From positions 1-6,262 of IMG/VR virus record IMGVR_UViG_3300003103_000001: DNA of 6,262 nucleotides; one strand, given 5' to 3'. The position numbers were made by a program, and so were the translations under genes. Origin of the DNA: a virus. The notes beneath the pieces were generated by a model that had not been told where the DNA came from, searched no databases, and was given only the letters and a program-made list of their open reading frames with translations. Shown here piece by piece: positions 4,608 through 6,262 of the stretch (position 1 is the stretch's first letter; each line of letters starts with the position of its first letter).

Positions 4608-5096
4608 ATGTCTAAAAAACAAGAAAAAAACGAATCTAAAACTTATCGAATTGGTCAACATCTTGCCGAGTTTGTCCCTAAATATCAGAGTATTCGGGTG
4701 ACTACAACTATTTTTGATAATACAGGTAAATCTTATGAAAAAGTAGTTGTTGTCGATGACAAAGATAAATTTGAAAAAATGGCTGTTGTTGAAATGTCCC
4801 CCATGATGCTTGAAAATATTTTGGATTCTTGCCCTCAAAATCCCGATAAAAAGCATCGTGATTTCTTCGATAAAGATGTTTCACGCCTTTCCGTCAATCT
4901 CGCTTCCGTGTTAACTCTTTTTCCTCTTTATGACGAAACTATTACTACCGATTCTACTATTTTAGTAATATATAAGTATCGTTATAATGATGTCGATTTC
5001 GTTCTTAAATCGGTAACTCCTCTTGTTACTACCGAACGTGTTGACCAGTTGAAAAAAGATATCTGCACCAACGTTTTGCCTTTTGGCTATAAGTAA
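4608..5096 (+). CDS. Hypothetical protein, 162 aa
   Basis: The ORF starts about 30 nt downstream of the consensus promoter. Its TAA (5094-5096) is 1 nt from the Rep ATG (5098), which suggests co-transcription and translational coupling. I recognise no motif. Confidence 0.72.
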   Translation: MSKKQEKNESKTYRIGQHLAEFVPKYQSIRVTTTIFDNTGKSYEKVVVVDDKDKFEKMAVVEMSPMMLENILDSCPQNPDKKHRDFFDKDVSRLSVNLASVLTLFPLYDETITTDSTILVIYKYRYNDVDFVLKSVTPLVTTERVDQLKKDICTNVLPFGYK

Positions 5097-5097
5097 T

Positions 5098-6262
5098 ATG
5101 TGTAAAGGTCATGGCATATATAAATGTGGCAAGTGCTATTCTTGTAGAGCACGCAAACGCAATGATATAATGATTCGTCTAACCGAGCATTATAGAGGTC
5201 TGTATCGTCATTTCATACAACCTCATATTGCTGTTATGTTTGGTGTTATGACCTTTCACGATAGCTTTATTCCAAATGTTAATTTAAACCTCGATGTTGT
5301 TTGTGAGTGGCAACGCCCAGTACAAAAATTTCTCGCCAATGTTCGTGCTAAATATCCATTTCTCAATTTCCAGTACTTTATAAGTGCTGAATTTGGTGAT
5401 AAAACTGGTAGATTGCATTTGCACCCCCTTTTCATGGTAACTCCTAAATATGAATTGCTCGAGAGTGTTGGAAATTATACAAACCTTTCACAACTTAAAC
5501 GCAAGTTAGATTGTATTTCAACCCTCGAGGACGGCTCACTTTATACTCGTGTTTCTCCTCTTTTTAACTCACACAAGTATGGTGTTACTACTCGTAAACA
5601 CGATAATTTAACAGCATTCCAAGCGTACATTTATGATTTACTGCAAGAGGAGTGGTATTTTGGATTGTCAGATATTGAGCCAGTCCTTTCGGTTAACGCT
5701 GTCAAGTATGTTACTAAATACACACTTAAAGCAACTGACCCTCGTTTTGCTCGTCACTACTGGCGTTTAAAGTCCGATTTTTGGAAACCTCTCAAAAAAT
5801 CCGTTATCCCTCATAATGTCTTACACAAATGTAAATCTAAATCAAAATATGATGTTGGTTTTGATATAGAAAAGCATACAATGTATAAGCAATATTTGAT
5901 TAGTAATGGCATCGGTAAATATTTTTTTGAAACACAACAAGCCCATGAACTTCTGCACAATCTCGCTTTTGTCGAGCAACGTGTTAAAGTTCCCTTAAAT
6001 TTACATGATGATATCGAAGTTTCTTTAATACGTCCGAATAAACGTCTTGTTTATCGTGACCCCACATATATCGGAAAAGATAAAAATGAGTATTCTTTGC
6101 CTACCTCTTTTAAAAGCCATATTTTGGACCTTTATTTCGGTAATTTCACTCCTGAACGTGCTGTTGTTGGTCAATCTCTACAATTTCAGTTCAAATTATC
6201 GAGCATTTGCAAATTTGCCCAAATTTGTCGAGCGTATAATTATCCTTTTCATATTGATTATA
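5098..6262 (+). CDS. VP4: Replication initiator protein (HUH rolling-circle endonuclease, Microviridae VP4 / phiX A-like). It runs off the window end and continues at 1..201 (437 aa total).
   Basis: Not in the ORF track because there is no stop inside the window. I translated all 388 codons and found no stop. N-terminal Cys cluster: MCKGHGIYKCGKCYSCR. Motif I-like: FGVMTF. HUH motif: GRLHLHPLF (5407-5433). Dual-tyrosine motif: KYVTKYTLK (Tyr codons 5707-5709 and 5719-5721), the YxxKY arrangement of the phiX174 A protein. A downstream SNGIGKY block is also present. Confidence 0.93.
   Translation, partial: MCKGHGIYKCGKCYSCRARKRNDIMIRLTEHYRGLYRHFIQPHIAVMFGVMTFHDSFIPNVNLNLDVVCEWQRPVQKFLANVRAKYPFLNFQYFISAEFGDKTGRLHLHPLFMVTPKYELLESVGNYTNLSQLKRKLDCISTLEDGSLYTRVSPLFNSHKYGVTTRKHDNLTAFQAYIYDLLQEEWYFGLSDIEPVLSVNAVKYVTKYTLKATDPRFARHYWRLKSDFWKPLKKSVIPHNVLHKCKSKSKYDVGFDIEKHTMYKQYLISNGIGKYFFETQQAHELLHNLAFVEQRVKVPLNLHDDIEVSLIRPNKRLVYRDPTYIGKDKNEYSLPTSFKSHILDLYFGNFTPERAVVGQSLQFQFKLSSICKFAQICRAYNYPFHIDY
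6211..6262. repeat. Terminal redundancy (copy 2), identical to 1..52
   Basis: Exact 52/52 identity with the window start. Confidence 0.97.

Noticed and set aside
552-4856. Minus-strand ORFs in the track (552..836, 1193..1375, 1875..2144, 2330..2626, 2347..2607, 2986..3177, 4599..4856).
   Set aside because: Each is antisense to a well-supported + strand gene and has no recognisable motif. Microviridae genomes are transcribed from one strand only. The ORFs are short, and several are rich in Arg, Ser and Leu.

Overview
The window is a complete circular Microviridae (ssDNA phage) genome of about 6,210 nt, plus a 52-nt assembly overlap (1-52 is identical to 6211-6262). All supported genes are on the + strand. 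The replication initiator (VP4/A-like HUH endonuclease) runs 5098..6262 and continues at 1..201 across the junction (437 aa in total). It is followed by an unlisted 58-codon lipoprotein-like ORF (191..367), the major capsid protein VP1 (417..2219), a 149-aa ORFan (2222..2671) and a VP2-like pilot/minor capsid protein (best start 2710, end 3924). A 683-nt region with no credible ORF comes next (3925..4607), then a 162-aa ORFan (4608..5096) that stops 1 nt before the Rep ATG. Three things point to a Bacteroidota host (Alpavirinae-like gut microvirus): no ORF has a Shine-Dalgarno sequence, there is a TTTG-N19-TAnnTTTG promoter, and the small ORF has an LSSC lipobox. This host call is inference, since I could run no search. 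The most unusual content is the noncoding region, about 11% of an otherwise tightly packed genome. It holds at least 11 stem-loops, a perfect tandem 13-mer next to a 16-bp hairpin (origin/iteron-like), an A9T7 tract, a 28-bp palindrome, and a possible promoter-to-terminator unit that could encode a structured ncRNA. The second item of interest is the small lipoprotein ORF overlapping the Rep stop, a candidate lysis or exclusion factor. All family assignments come from motifs I recognise in the translations, not from database searches.
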